DNA of 64,000 bases, taken from NCBI GenBank assembly GCA_020184695.1, contig JAANOX010000036.1, forward strand, positions 61,079 through 125,078, read 5' to 3'. The stretch is from Histomonas meleagridis 2922-C6/04-290x. Its lineage: Eukaryota; Protista; Parabasalia. This document shows, piece by piece, positions 30,773 to 41,408 of this stretch. The position numbers and the translations under genes were made by a program. The notes under the pieces were generated by a model, which saw nothing but the letters and a program-made list of their open reading frames with translations, did not search any database and was not told the DNA's origin. Positions within the stretch are counted from its first letter, which is position 1. Every line of letters starts with the position of its first letter.

Positions 30773-32251
30773 CTAACCATTCGGTATTTTGACTCCAAGC
30801 TTTGATAACATTTGGTGAAATTTTTCACCATTGCAATTCCAAAGCTCCAAAGGATACTCAAATCTTGCTAGCACATCAAAACTGCACTTTGGGCTGCAAA
30901 ATGCGAACGGTGGCATTATCAGTATCATGTCTTTTCCTTCATTTTGGAGAATGTAACTGATATCTTTCATGTCTCCATACATATGTAAAATGAAGTAGAG
31001 GCTGAGTACATCCATTTGTTCATCATCGCCAAATGAAGCCAAGCAAGTTTTCTCCATTATTTTCTTTATTTCTTTATTAGTACTTTCTGTGATTTTCCAA
31101 TCAATTCTCATTCCTTTCCATTTATTCCTTAGGAAATCTGATGCAAAAAACTTCAATTTTATCATGTTTCGAATGTTTTCATTGTAATTGCAAACAGAAT
31201 TTGCAATGTCTGCGTCTATCGTATGAAGTTTAACGTACTTTGATGTGGCGGTTTCGGTTATTTCGACCATTCGAATTAATTTTTGCTTGTTTGAGAATTC
31301 GCAACTCATTTGTACCGCACCACCAGCAATCATTTGAAGTTCAAGTGCAGAATGATTTGTAGTCTTGTGGATTTTGCCAATACATCCACTGACTTTAGAA
31401 AACTCAATATAGTTAGGAACATATAATTTTAATGAATTTGGCCTCTTGCAAATCTTTAAAATCTTTCGAATTTCGCCACTATAGATATGCGATGCGCCAA
31501 ATACTGTTCCCATACTATGTTGTGCAATTGCCGTGAGTTTAATAAAATCTTTTGTAGCACCAATACTGATAACGGAATTTGTTTCTTTAATTTTTGTTCC
31601 AATTTCGTCGATGAGAGAAATTGGCGATTTGCAAATTGACCGATTTAGAAACATAATAATTTTTGCAGGTTCTTTGGTAAGAGAAAGTGAAACATTAAGA
31701 GCTGTAAATGGGTCGCAAATAGGTGAAATCTCTGGAGGACAAAATACGAATATGGAAGAGATGGATGGAAATATGGTATTTTTCAGATCTTTCTTTGTAA
31801 AAATGTGATTACTTATTTGAGGCATCTTTTTGGTGTCGCTAATTACGTCGAAATAAAGAAGTGAATCGGTTATTGATAAAATGATTATGTGATCTGTTAT
31901 GAAAAGCATTGAAAATGTGTCTGAATCTGTTAAAACTTCATTGAGTTCATTGATGATACCAATTATGGAAAAGTATGGTATTAAAATATCAAATATAAAT
32001 ACATAATGATTATGAGCTGGAGTTGAAACAGAAATTCGGTAAGAGTTTTCAGAGTAATCATTACCAGGGTGACAAAGAGGGCAATCTATATGAATATTAT
32101 CATTCAGAAAGAATAATGGAAATTTGCAATTTTTACAATATTTAAGTTGTTCATTAGTGGCAACATAGGATGTTGGCTCGTTTGAAACCTGAAGGCAGTA
32201 AATAGAAGAACTTTTTGGTGATATTTTATCTGCATCAAAACGAAGGGTCAT
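30773..32251 (-). CDS. Divergent Sec23/Sec24-like protein (zinc finger plus trunk/vWA-like domain)
   Basis: CKNC...CPLC zinc finger followed by HYVFIFD, similar to the Sec23/24 trunk start (xxFVFVID). Confidence 0.5.
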   Translation of the reverse strand: MTLRFDADKISPKSSSIYCLQVSNEPTSYVATNEQLKYCKNCKFPLFFLNDNIHIDCPLCHPGNDYSENSYRISVSTPAHNHYVFIFDILIPYFSIIGIINELNEVLTDSDTFSMLFITDHIIILSITDSLLYFDVISDTKKMPQISNHIFTKKDLKNTIFPSISSIFVFCPPEISPICDPFTALNVSLSLTKEPAKIIMFLNRSICKSPISLIDEIGTKIKETNSVISIGATKDFIKLTAIAQHSMGTVFGASHIYSGEIRKILKICKRPNSLKLYVPNYIEFSKVSGCIGKIHKTTNHSALELQMIAGGAVQMSCEFSNKQKLIRMVEITETATSKYVKLHTIDADIANSVCNYNENIRNMIKLKFFASDFLRNKWKGMRIDWKITESTNKEIKKIMEKTCLASFGDDEQMDVLSLYFILHMYGDMKDISYILQNEGKDMILIMPPFAFCSPKCSFDVLARFEYPLELWNCNGEKFHQMLSKLGVKIPNG

Positions 32252-32338
32252 AAGACATCACTTTCAATTTCATCTCACATTTCTCATCACTCTATTGTTA
32301 ACGTATATTATTCAATAACGTATTTAAAAGTTCCATTA

Positions 32339-34699
32339 ATGAGTGATTCAAAACAACAAGATACACTAGATTCTAAAGAAATTATGAAAGCTTTTGAAGA
32401 TGAAGTAGAAGAACTCCATCAAGTTTGTGGTGTAAATCCCGAAAAAAATCCCCTTAGGTGGATTAAATGGGAAACACAATATAAATCTCCAAATGGTACA
32501 CGTGCACCAACATGGCGTGAACCAGAGGGAGACTTAGGATATGTTATTGCATCAACTCATGACAAAGGAATTTTAGTACTATTATGCAAAAACAATAAAA
32601 CATGCTATGTCATTAAAGGATACGTCGTTCTCCCATCTGGCGAGGAAGAGCTTTGTTACGATGCTGTTGGTAGTCCTCAAAAAACCTTAACTGATGCACT
32701 TTCCGAGGCATCTGAAATATTCAAAGAACGTATCAAATCATCTTCTATCCAAGACAGCGAAAATGAATCATCCACAGAAGAGCAAACAGAAAATACACTT
32801 GTTTCTTTGCCACAACCTGTTCTCGTTTTAAAACCACCTTCAAATGATACCGAAAAAGATGAAGAAAACGAAGCAGAAGATGATGAGCCTCTTATAGCAT
32901 ATTCTAGACAACCACCACAAAACAGTGATAACGAATATTGGAGCACATTTTCTAAAATGCGAACGTTTGCTGGAAATCCTGCTGATCCTGCAGGGAAAGA
33001 ACTTCAAGAAGTAGCCTCAAGTGCAAATCTCAAAGATCCTGTTGGACAACGTGCAGTTTTAGATGCAAATGCACTTCCTGCAATGTTAGATGTTTTAAGA
33101 ATCAAACAAGCACAACACGCAGTTGATGTACGACAAGGACAACAAGCCGAAGCTGTTGTTAAAATCCTTGCACAAATCACTGTTTCGCCAAACGTTCGCC
33201 GCCATATCGCTAACGACGATACGGTCTCAATTCTTTTAGAAATTCTGAAAAAGGAGGAAAAACCGCTGATGAGCAATCTTTTTACTATTATAGCCAACTG
33301 TTGTAAAAACAAAACTTTTAGACAGTTGATTATTAAACATGAGGGCGTAGAACCTCTAATTTATCAAATTAAGAATCCAGCATATGCATCACAAGTATGT
33401 TTTGTCCTTTACGCACTTAATAGAAGTGAGCAATCTACTCAAGTTATGTTATCAAAACATCTTGATCATGAATTACAAAAATGTCAACAAAGTGAGAAAA
33501 TGGATGATGAATTAATGTTGAACATTACAAGATTACTTTATTCAATTGCGTATTATGATAAAGAAACTAGGAACCAACTAACCAGAGAACAAGTTGTGTT
33601 CTTTTGCCAAGGGCTAGCATCGCCAAATCCTGAATTAGTTTCTTGGTCGGCTAAAGCATTCAAAATATTTAACGTCTCCGATGAACTGACAAAACCGTTT
33701 ATCTCTCAATCGTGTGATGGACCTGCGAAACTTATAAAAACTCTTGACAATCCAAGTGATACGGTAGTGTTAGCAGGTCTAGAGTCAATAGCAGTTGTTG
33801 GTCAAATAGATAAAATAAGAACAGCAATACTTGAGGGAAATATTTTACCAAAATTACAAAATTTATGGGCAAGTGAAAATACTGATATTAGAAAAGGAAC
33901 TTTAAAGGCACTTGGCGTCTTAAATCAACATCCAAAGTGTGCAAAATGGACTGTTCGACAAAATTTAATGCCAGATTTGATCAATTATTTAAATTCAACT
34001 GACCCTGAATTTGTCATTTATTCTGCAAAAGCAATTGGTAGTTGTTGTTCTGAAAAACAGAACTTAAAGCAATTGATCGAATTAAATGGAATAAGAATTT
34101 TATGGAGTTTAATGAAATCTCCACACAGTGGTGTACAAGCTGCAGCAACTCGAGCTTTAGTTCCATTCTTGAAAGACGAGTCATCTCCAGATGTAGTTCG
34201 TACTTTTGTTGATGGGCTTGATTTACTTGTTGATTTACTAAGATCGAATGACCCAGATGTTCAAGCTTCTGCATGCATGGCAATCACGGAAGTCGCAAGG
34301 GACCAGGAAAATCTTGCTGTCATGACTGACTTGGGCTTGGTTGAGCTCCTGAGCAGACTCCTTTCAACAAAACTTGATTCAGTACGAAAACCGTTAGCCG
34401 ACGCTATCGGCGTATCGGCCACATGGGGAAACAACAGAAGAAGGTTTGGCGAAGAAGGCGCTGTTGATCCATTAGTCTCATATTTAAGGCCTCCATCAAA
34501 TAATAAAGAGGTTCATGCAGCAACAGCAAAGGCTTTAAAGGCTTTAAGCGAAGATCCAGAAAACAGTAACAAGCTAAGGCATGCAGGCGTTGTTGATTAT
34601 TTGTTGATAATGGTTGAAAGTAGAGATCAGGATCTACAAATGGCTGCTGCTGTTGCAATAAGAAATATTCGAACAAATTGTGTACGCAAAGATAATTGA
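32339..34699 (+). CDS. Armadillo-repeat protein, ARMC4/ODAD2 (outer dynein arm docking)-like
   Basis: Tandem ARM repeats; C-terminal VHAATAKALKALSEDPENSNKLRHAGVVDYLLIMVESRDQDLQMAAAVAIRNIR resembles the end of ARMC4. Confidence 0.75.
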   Translation: MSDSKQQDTLDSKEIMKAFEDEVEELHQVCGVNPEKNPLRWIKWETQYKSPNGTRAPTWREPEGDLGYVIASTHDKGILVLLCKNNKTCYVIKGYVVLPSGEEELCYDAVGSPQKTLTDALSEASEIFKERIKSSSIQDSENESSTEEQTENTLVSLPQPVLVLKPPSNDTEKDEENEAEDDEPLIAYSRQPPQNSDNEYWSTFSKMRTFAGNPADPAGKELQEVASSANLKDPVGQRAVLDANALPAMLDVLRIKQAQHAVDVRQGQQAEAVVKILAQITVSPNVRRHIANDDTVSILLEILKKEEKPLMSNLFTIIANCCKNKTFRQLIIKHEGVEPLIYQIKNPAYASQVCFVLYALNRSEQSTQVMLSKHLDHELQKCQQSEKMDDELMLNITRLLYSIAYYDKETRNQLTREQVVFFCQGLASPNPELVSWSAKAFKIFNVSDELTKPFISQSCDGPAKLIKTLDNPSDTVVLAGLESIAVVGQIDKIRTAILEGNILPKLQNLWASENTDIRKGTLKALGVLNQHPKCAKWTVRQNLMPDLINYLNSTDPEFVIYSAKAIGSCCSEKQNLKQLIELNGIRILWSLMKSPHSGVQAAATRALVPFLKDESSPDVVRTFVDGLDLLVDLLRSNDPDVQASACMAITEVARDQENLAVMTDLGLVELLSRLLSTKLDSVRKPLADAIGVSATWGNNRRRFGEEGAVDPLVSYLRPPSNNKEVHAATAKALKALSEDPENSNKLRHAGVVDYLLIMVESRDQDLQMAAAVAIRNIRTNCVRKDN

Positions 34700-35020
34700 T
34701 TAAATTTTATAGGAAAAGATAAAAATGTTTTTGGTTTTTATTGTAAAAATTGTTTAAAAATCGACTCCAGTTGTTCAATATAATGATCATTCCCATCAAC
34801 TTCATTTGTTTTACTCTGGAAATGGTTTTTTAAATTGGTTAATTGAAGGCAATCAGTCTTTGCTTCAAATAAGTATTACATGTTTGTACATTGTCCTCAT
34901 TCAAAAAAAAATTATATAATTAAAAATATAATGAATTGAAGACAGAAAGAAGAAAAAAATCAATTAAAATCTTTATCTCACTATATTGAGGCGCATGTTA
35001 ATATTGTTTCACCTAGTTTC

Positions 35021-35729
35021 ATGTTGTCTTCAGCTAATGACAACTTGTTTTATGCAGAAACATTGTGCAAGATTTCACACTTCAAAGAAGCATTGCAATA
35101 TTTAAGCCTTTATTTAGATGAATCCAAGCCAACTACTAATTCCGATTTTAACACAATTACGATAATATGCAAAGCTTCTGTTGATCCAATTCGCGAATCG
35201 CTTCGATCATTAACATTATACTATAACAATGAAGTTGATATGGTTCATGTCTTGAATGCGAATATAATTCAACAGTTCAAAGAAACAACACATCAACAAT
35301 TATCAGAGTATTGCCACTTCGTAATTGATATGATTACAGAAAAGTTTTTGCCAAAGGCGATAACATCAAAAGAAAAAGTATATTGCCAAAAAATGCGAGG
35401 TGATTATTATAGATACCTTGCAGAATTTGCAATTATAAAAGACCTTCAATATACGATAGAGGAAGCATAAATCATACCTTGAAGCTTGCTCGAATTCAAA
35501 ACACCTGTTACATAGCGAACCATTAAGATTGGGTTTGATTCTCAATTACGCTATTTTTACATTCGAGTACTTAAACAATATTGCAGATGCATCTGAAATG
35601 CTCCAAAAAGCAAGTAAAGAAGCTGAAATAGATATGGGGCAATTGGATCAAATTGACCGTTGTGGGTCCTTGGAAATTCTTCAGGTAATGAGAACAAATT
35701 TGATTGTTTGGAATGATACAATAGAATAA
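35021..35729 (+). pseudogene. 14-3-3 family protein split by a +1 frameshift at 35468
   Basis: KMRGDYYRYLAEF motif, then GCA-T-AAA-TCA-TAC-CTT-GAA-GCT continues in the +1 frame as KSYLEA...PLRLGLILNYAIFTFEYL...SLEILQVMRTNLIVW. Confidence 0.8.
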
Positions 35730-35797
35730 AAAATTTATGAAAAACGATTTAACGTCTTATTCTCTTGTCACTTTTGATATAAAGTTTATAATTTATT

Positions 35798-37213
35798 TTG
35801 TTTTCTTCTTACAAGCAACCAGGGAAAAAAACTCATTTTTCTCTTGGAAAGATATGCAGCGCTGACGAATGTGAAGATGTTGATCAAGTTATTATAGAAA
35901 TTAAAAATTTCGTTAATTATATTTCAACCAGTTTTACAGACGAATCATCAATATCTGATGCTGTTTCGTTTATTTGTAGTAAAATGCAAATATGCGATTT
36001 AAAAATTTCCAATGTAATTTATGAAAATCAAATATGTATTAACGAATTCTTAATGAATTGTTTATTTAACTTAAAAATAGCTAATTTAACATATGAAATT
36101 TTGAAGTCATTTAATGAGTTCTACAAAAGAACAAAATATAACCCAGTTCCTGAAAATTTACCACGTTTTTTGGGGATTTTATACTCAATCGAACCTGAAT
36201 TTCTCAAAGAGAAAGTAATACAACAAATTACCATTGAATGCTTGACCAGTATACAGTTTTATTTTGATATTTCTTTTTCAGAATATTTTGATGAAGACTT
36301 TTTTGATTTCATTAACAACACTCTCTTTGGTAATGACAGCGAAGTTGACTATATCATTGGTTTTGTTTTATATGAATTTATTATGAAAATCCCCATAAAT
36401 AATCAATTCTCAATTTTTATAAAAGATTTTTTCAGAAACAACATAACATTTAAAACAGCACCTCAACTTTCAATCAGCTTTTATGAAATAAGCACAAAAT
36501 ATCCTGAAGCATGTAGTGAAGAATGGATGCAAATGTCTTTTTTTTCACTTCTTCAGTTCAACGAAGACCCAATTCGCGTACAGCTTTTCAGGGCATTGTA
36601 TAAAATGCATGAGGAATATCTTCCTTTCTATATTACATACGACACAATTGGTTGCATTTCTGATGCTCTTTCTCGTCAGGGGTACCCCGAAATTGTCACT
36701 TTTGCGTTGAGATTTGTCTATCGTTTTTTACAATTCGATATAGTTAAATGCATTCAATTATTTTTTTCTGATGATTTTGAAGGTGTAAATATCATATGCA
36801 ATTTAACATATCATTTATTTAATGCTCCTTTCAAAGTCAAACAAATTACGTCATATATTTTCACTATTTCTTTAAGTTATTCACCCCAAATATTTTATGA
36901 ATATTTCCAAATCAAAGCTGAGGATTACGAAAATTGTTTGGACTATGTGAAGAATGGTTTCCAAGCGATTTCCGAAGTTTTTAATTTAAGTCAATCTGAT
37001 ATTTCTAATTTGATGCTAATTGCATTGGATTCTTTAATAAATGTAATGGAGAGCAGAAACGCAATCGAAGACTTCCTGGAGACTATAAATAAGTCGGGAA
37101 TTGATGAGCAAATTAGAGAAATTGCGACAATGGAAACAATTGAAGATGAAATTGATAATGAGATAAAAGAAAGAGCATCAGTCCTTTGCGAAAAATATTT
37201 TGGTTATGAATAA
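35798..37213 (+). CDS. Hypothetical helical-repeat (ARM/HEAT-like) protein; start codon uncertain
   Basis: 471-codon open frame. It opens at TTG after an in-frame TAA (35789-35791); the first ATG is about 60 codons downstream. Confidence 0.65.
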   Translation: MFSSYKQPGKKTHFSLGKICSADECEDVDQVIIEIKNFVNYISTSFTDESSISDAVSFICSKMQICDLKISNVIYENQICINEFLMNCLFNLKIANLTYEILKSFNEFYKRTKYNPVPENLPRFLGILYSIEPEFLKEKVIQQITIECLTSIQFYFDISFSEYFDEDFFDFINNTLFGNDSEVDYIIGFVLYEFIMKIPINNQFSIFIKDFFRNNITFKTAPQLSISFYEISTKYPEACSEEWMQMSFFSLLQFNEDPIRVQLFRALYKMHEEYLPFYITYDTIGCISDALSRQGYPEIVTFALRFVYRFLQFDIVKCIQLFFSDDFEGVNIICNLTYHLFNAPFKVKQITSYIFTISLSYSPQIFYEYFQIKAEDYENCLDYVKNGFQAISEVFNLSQSDISNLMLIALDSLINVMESRNAIEDFLETINKSGIDEQIREIATMETIEDEIDNEIKERASVLCEKYFGYE

Positions 37214-37711
37214 ATATAAATTATTAAATATAACTGTTAAAATAATTCTGAAAATGAAATTTACAGGCTGAAGATTTAAGAAATATTTGTATAAAATAAT
37301 GAGTATCAAAAAGCATTTGTAACCATAGAGATAACTCGCATTGATATGTTTCAACATTTTCGATCAAATATTATCAAATGCATAAATAAAATATATTTCT
37401 TCATCTATTCGAATGGAGGCAATGTCTTTATGATGCATATCTCTGACATTGGCTGAGATCCGTAATTGAAAGTCGTATTAACCCTCAGCATGAATTGTGT
37501 GTCTCTTCTTTTAGCAAATACATCACTTGTGTCAAAGCCCCTTTTGGGTCCTCGGGATCAGTCCCGACCGCATTATATACCTACCTACCTCCGGTCATTA
37601 TTAGCTGAAAAATAAATCATTTGTAAGGCTATTTGATTTGTATTGTTAGGGTTAACTTTACATTGTCCGAATATAACAATGTCATTACCTCTATATAATT
37701 TAATACTTTCT

Positions 37712-38014
37712 TTAATACTTTTTTTCTAAATTTTCTTTTGTAGCATAATTATGATCATGATTATGATCAATATTTGAATAAGTATTATCATGATTATGAT
37801 CTTTTAATGCTGTGTTATCTGGATCAATACCATTAATTGTTTCACATTCGAAATTCTTAATATTTGTAATATTACTTGTAATTATTGTTGTTGTATTTAA
37901 TGCTGATTTAAAGTCCTCAGTATCAACATAATTTTGACTAATAGAATTTGATAAAGTACTAATTCCATTTGTTAATTCTTCTTTTGAAGCATAAGGTTTA
38001 ACAGCGCTTTCGAC
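37712..38014 (-). pseudogene. ATG-less 100-codon remnant with two DHNHD repeats (tail-fibre-like)
   Basis: Manual translation VESAVKPYASKEELTNGIS...LKDHNHDNTYSNIDHNHDHNYATKENLEKKY*; it probably continues after an indel in an A7 run. Confidence 0.45.
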
Positions 38015-38380
38015 CTATGAGTCTTATGCCCAAGTTTCATCCGAAATTTATTCATCAATCGTACCAAATCCTTTTTCGCATTATCTAAAGTAAATTGTAC
38101 ATAGTTCATCAAAAGAAAAATAACTAAATAAAATTATTTTTTAATAAATTAATAATGATTCTAACAAAAAATAATCTGGTTCCAGCCACTGTATGTTCTC
38201 TGACTGTACATTGTTCTAACATATATAAAATCCGATTGTTTTATACATTTTTTATCGAAAATTCTTAAAGAATTTGCAAATTGAGCGGACTACAAAAAAT
38301 TGATAAAATTTATCAGAAAAATGTGCATTCATTCAATTTTCTAAACTTGATGAAACTACCACAAAATCGATTTGGAGTGT

Positions 38381-40078
38381 ATGTTTCTGGTCTTATTAAC
38401 GAATATCATGTCCGCCCATAGTCTAGAAATAGACCCATTATCGAAATTATTGGCAGATATTCACTTGGGTATAATGAGACTATCATATTACATCACAATA
38501 CCCCCAGAACCCGCAGGCCCAAGCACAGGCGATTCGGAAGGCTGGACCGATATACGAGAAGAAATATCAAAAGCATCAGATGGGGAGCTTATAATGATAA
38601 GCCATTTACGATATAATTTATTACTTTCATCTATCGAATCATGGGAGCTTAATGACATAATTGGAGTGTCAGTAATTCATAATGGCACTCACATATATCA
38701 GAATATTCCTTATACTCAGACCAACGGTTCGTTTTACCCAGATACGACGATGTACACGGATTTTCCGATCGTCAATTTAATATCTTATTATCCTTTCGAT
38801 TATTCTTATACTGTTTTAAAGAAAGACACAAGCAAGCAAAATTTAACAACTCAGAAAGAAATGGATTTCATGTTTGCAAGCAGCGAAAATGTTACGATTC
38901 CACGTGTTGGTGCAGATCCTGTATATGAACTCTATTTCATACATAAAATGTCATATTTCTATATGACTATACATCTAAACACTGAAAGGAATCAATCAAA
39001 CATTTCATTGTTTATCAATGGGTTAAAACATAACGGAACATTTAGCACATTAAATGGTACGGTATTCATCGATGATGACGCGCAACCACTTAATAATTGG
39101 AATATTACAAATCTTTGCAATATGAGTAACTCTGAAACAATTCAATGTAAAATGATATTATTTCCACAAATGCTTAATAACGATATTGAAATATCAATTT
39201 TTAATGATGAATTTATATATAACGAAACAATTCAACAGGAAGAACTCAAATCAGGATATTCATATTCTTGCGAATTATATGTTAATATTAGTACAGCAAC
39301 ATTTACACAAAGTAATACATTCACACAATCAAATGAATTTACACAAAGTAATATTTTTACAAAAAGTAATACATTCACACAATCAAATGAATTTACACAA
39401 AGTAATAAATTTACAAAAAGTGATACATTTACACAATCAAACACATTCTCTAATTCCAACACATTGATACAAAGTAATGAATTTACTCGATCAAATACAT
39501 TTTCTATTTCAAATACATTGATACAAAGTAATAAATTTATCCAAACAAATACATTTTCTATTGCGAATACATTTTATGTAAATTTAACATATTCTTATGC
39601 ATTAACATATAATTTTATTATTACCGAAACATATATCATTCATAATTCATTTGTAACGAACACATATTCTTTAACTTTATTAAATTCGACAAATGTATAT
39701 ACAAACATTAATTATATTTATTATGAATATACAATTGTTCAATACACATTTTCTTATTCATATTATTCACTATATTATTTTAATATTGAAATAAATGATA
39801 TCATTAATGACAACATCGAAAATAATAACAATAAAATGAATAATATCATAATAATCGTTTGTGTTGTAGTAATTTTAGTAATTATTTCTTTACTTATAGT
39901 ATTTTTAATTCGACATCGAAAATCTAAAGAAATCTCCAAATGCTCCGAAAGCAAAAGTTCGAATATTGAAGAGATAGAAAACACAAATTACATTTCATCC
40001 TGTTATAAACTTTCGCATATTGAAGAAGATCCGTTTGCTAAAGATTTTAATGAGGATAATATTATTGAAAATATTTAA
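38381..40078 (+). CDS. Type I surface protein with unrecognised N-terminal domain, FTQSNx stalk repeats, TM helix and EDPFAKDF tail
   Basis: Signal-like MFLVLLTNIMS, about 20 hexapeptide repeats (FTQSNT/FTQSNE), TM IIIIVCVVVILVIISLLIVFLI and tail EEDPFAKDFNED. Confidence 0.85.
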   Translation: MFLVLLTNIMSAHSLEIDPLSKLLADIHLGIMRLSYYITIPPEPAGPSTGDSEGWTDIREEISKASDGELIMISHLRYNLLLSSIESWELNDIIGVSVIHNGTHIYQNIPYTQTNGSFYPDTTMYTDFPIVNLISYYPFDYSYTVLKKDTSKQNLTTQKEMDFMFASSENVTIPRVGADPVYELYFIHKMSYFYMTIHLNTERNQSNISLFINGLKHNGTFSTLNGTVFIDDDAQPLNNWNITNLCNMSNSETIQCKMILFPQMLNNDIEISIFNDEFIYNETIQQEELKSGYSYSCELYVNISTATFTQSNTFTQSNEFTQSNIFTKSNTFTQSNEFTQSNKFTKSDTFTQSNTFSNSNTLIQSNEFTRSNTFSISNTLIQSNKFIQTNTFSIANTFYVNLTYSYALTYNFIITETYIIHNSFVTNTYSLTLLNSTNVYTNINYIYYEYTIVQYTFSYSYYSLYYFNIEINDIINDNIENNNNKMNNIIIIVCVVVILVIISLLIVFLIRHRKSKEISKCSESKSSNIEEIENTNYISSCYKLSHIEEDPFAKDFNEDNIIENI

Positions 40079-40421
40079 TGTTTTGAGCAAATTATTATTT
40101 TCGATAGAATATAAAAGCGCATTTCTATAATATGTTTATAAATAAAATATATATGAAAGCAATTCTTTTAAATATTTTTTAGCATATAAAAAATCAAAAA
40201 AAGTAAATTACAATGTTTTAAAATGAAATCAAATTTTACAAATGTCGTTAAGATATAATTATGTACCTTTTCTTGAAATAATGAGCGGTAATACATTTTT
40301 AAACTCACAATTTTGATAAAAGATTTTTAAATATCTGTGATTATAATTTTTATTAATTTAATAAAATTTTTATTCTATTTATTTTATATTTATTCCAATA
40401 AATAATTTCCATTGTTGAATA

Positions 40422-40922
40422 TTATGTTTTGATAATCTTTTGATATGCTAGTCGCTCATCACCACTAAGCAAGTAGATTATACCACAATATGTAAAGCCT
40501 TGCTTTTCTAAAATATGTTGTAATATATGATTATCACGATGAGTATCAATGCGTAAATTTGGTATTTGTTTAAAACACCATTCAAAACATGCAGATGCTA
40601 CTCCATGACTATCAGGTGTACTTCCAAGTCTGTGAATAGTGCCATATGGTTGGGTATCATCAAGCCATTTCCCTTCATATATGGTTGTATATGTGGGATC
40701 TTTGCCTATAATTAAAGCAAATGTGCCAACTAATTCTCCACATTCATTCAAACATACGTAACAGTTCCCATTATCGATATCTTTTAATACTATATCAGTT
40801 GTTGGATATCCACCAGTCCATTGATTCATATTTCCAGATTTACGCATTATACTTCTTGATTGCTCAAAAATGTTCATTAATTTATCTAAATCCTCAGGAA
40901 CAGCTTTCCTGATTTTCAGCAT
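40422..40922 (-). CDS. GNAT-family N-acetyltransferase of bacterial type
   Basis: Motifs QWTGGYP, IGKDPTYTTIYEGKWLDDTQPYGTIHRLGS, LRIDTHRDN and GFTYCGIIYL..GDERLAYQK, which I recognise from gut-anaerobe GNATs. Confidence 0.9.
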   Translation of the reverse strand: MLKIRKAVPEDLDKLMNIFEQSRSIMRKSGNMNQWTGGYPTTDIVLKDIDNGNCYVCLNECGELVGTFALIIGKDPTYTTIYEGKWLDDTQPYGTIHRLGSTPDSHGVASACFEWCFKQIPNLRIDTHRDNHILQHILEKQGFTYCGIIYLLSGDERLAYQKIIKT

Positions 40923-41408
40923 TTTGGTTGCTCAAATGGGGTGCCCCGCGAGATTTTCAGTTTTAGAAGAATTACATCGCAAATTTGGTTTATTAAATAC
41001 AATAAAAGGCTCAACAACAGAATATTCTTCTCCAACTGGCATCAGGACTTTCACTTAAAGTAAATCAAAGTAATTTATTTTCTTAATCAATTAAATTAGC
41101 TATTTTTGAATAGTGTTTTTCACATGACCAGATAAATGGTGTGCAAGATATTTTAAATTATCTCATCCATCATCAAATCTCATTGAAAAAATATATCACC
41201 AAGAGAAAAGCAAAAACTATTCCATTTAAAATTATCTGAATAATAAATTTGATATAAATATTACTTTGGAGGAATAAAGTGTTATTTGCAATGAATTTTA
41301 CGGCGCAAATTTTATTCGATTATTGAAAAGATTCGAAATAAATTCTCAAGTAATAGGGAACAACACTTTGTGTTCAACAAAAAATTCTTTATTCAACATT
41401 TAGATAGG

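Noticed and set aside
40925-41058. Short upstream frame before the GNAT gene as a co-transferred bacterial operon remnant
   Set aside because: Only about 40 codons, no recognisable homology and no Shine-Dalgarno-like signal; unsupported.
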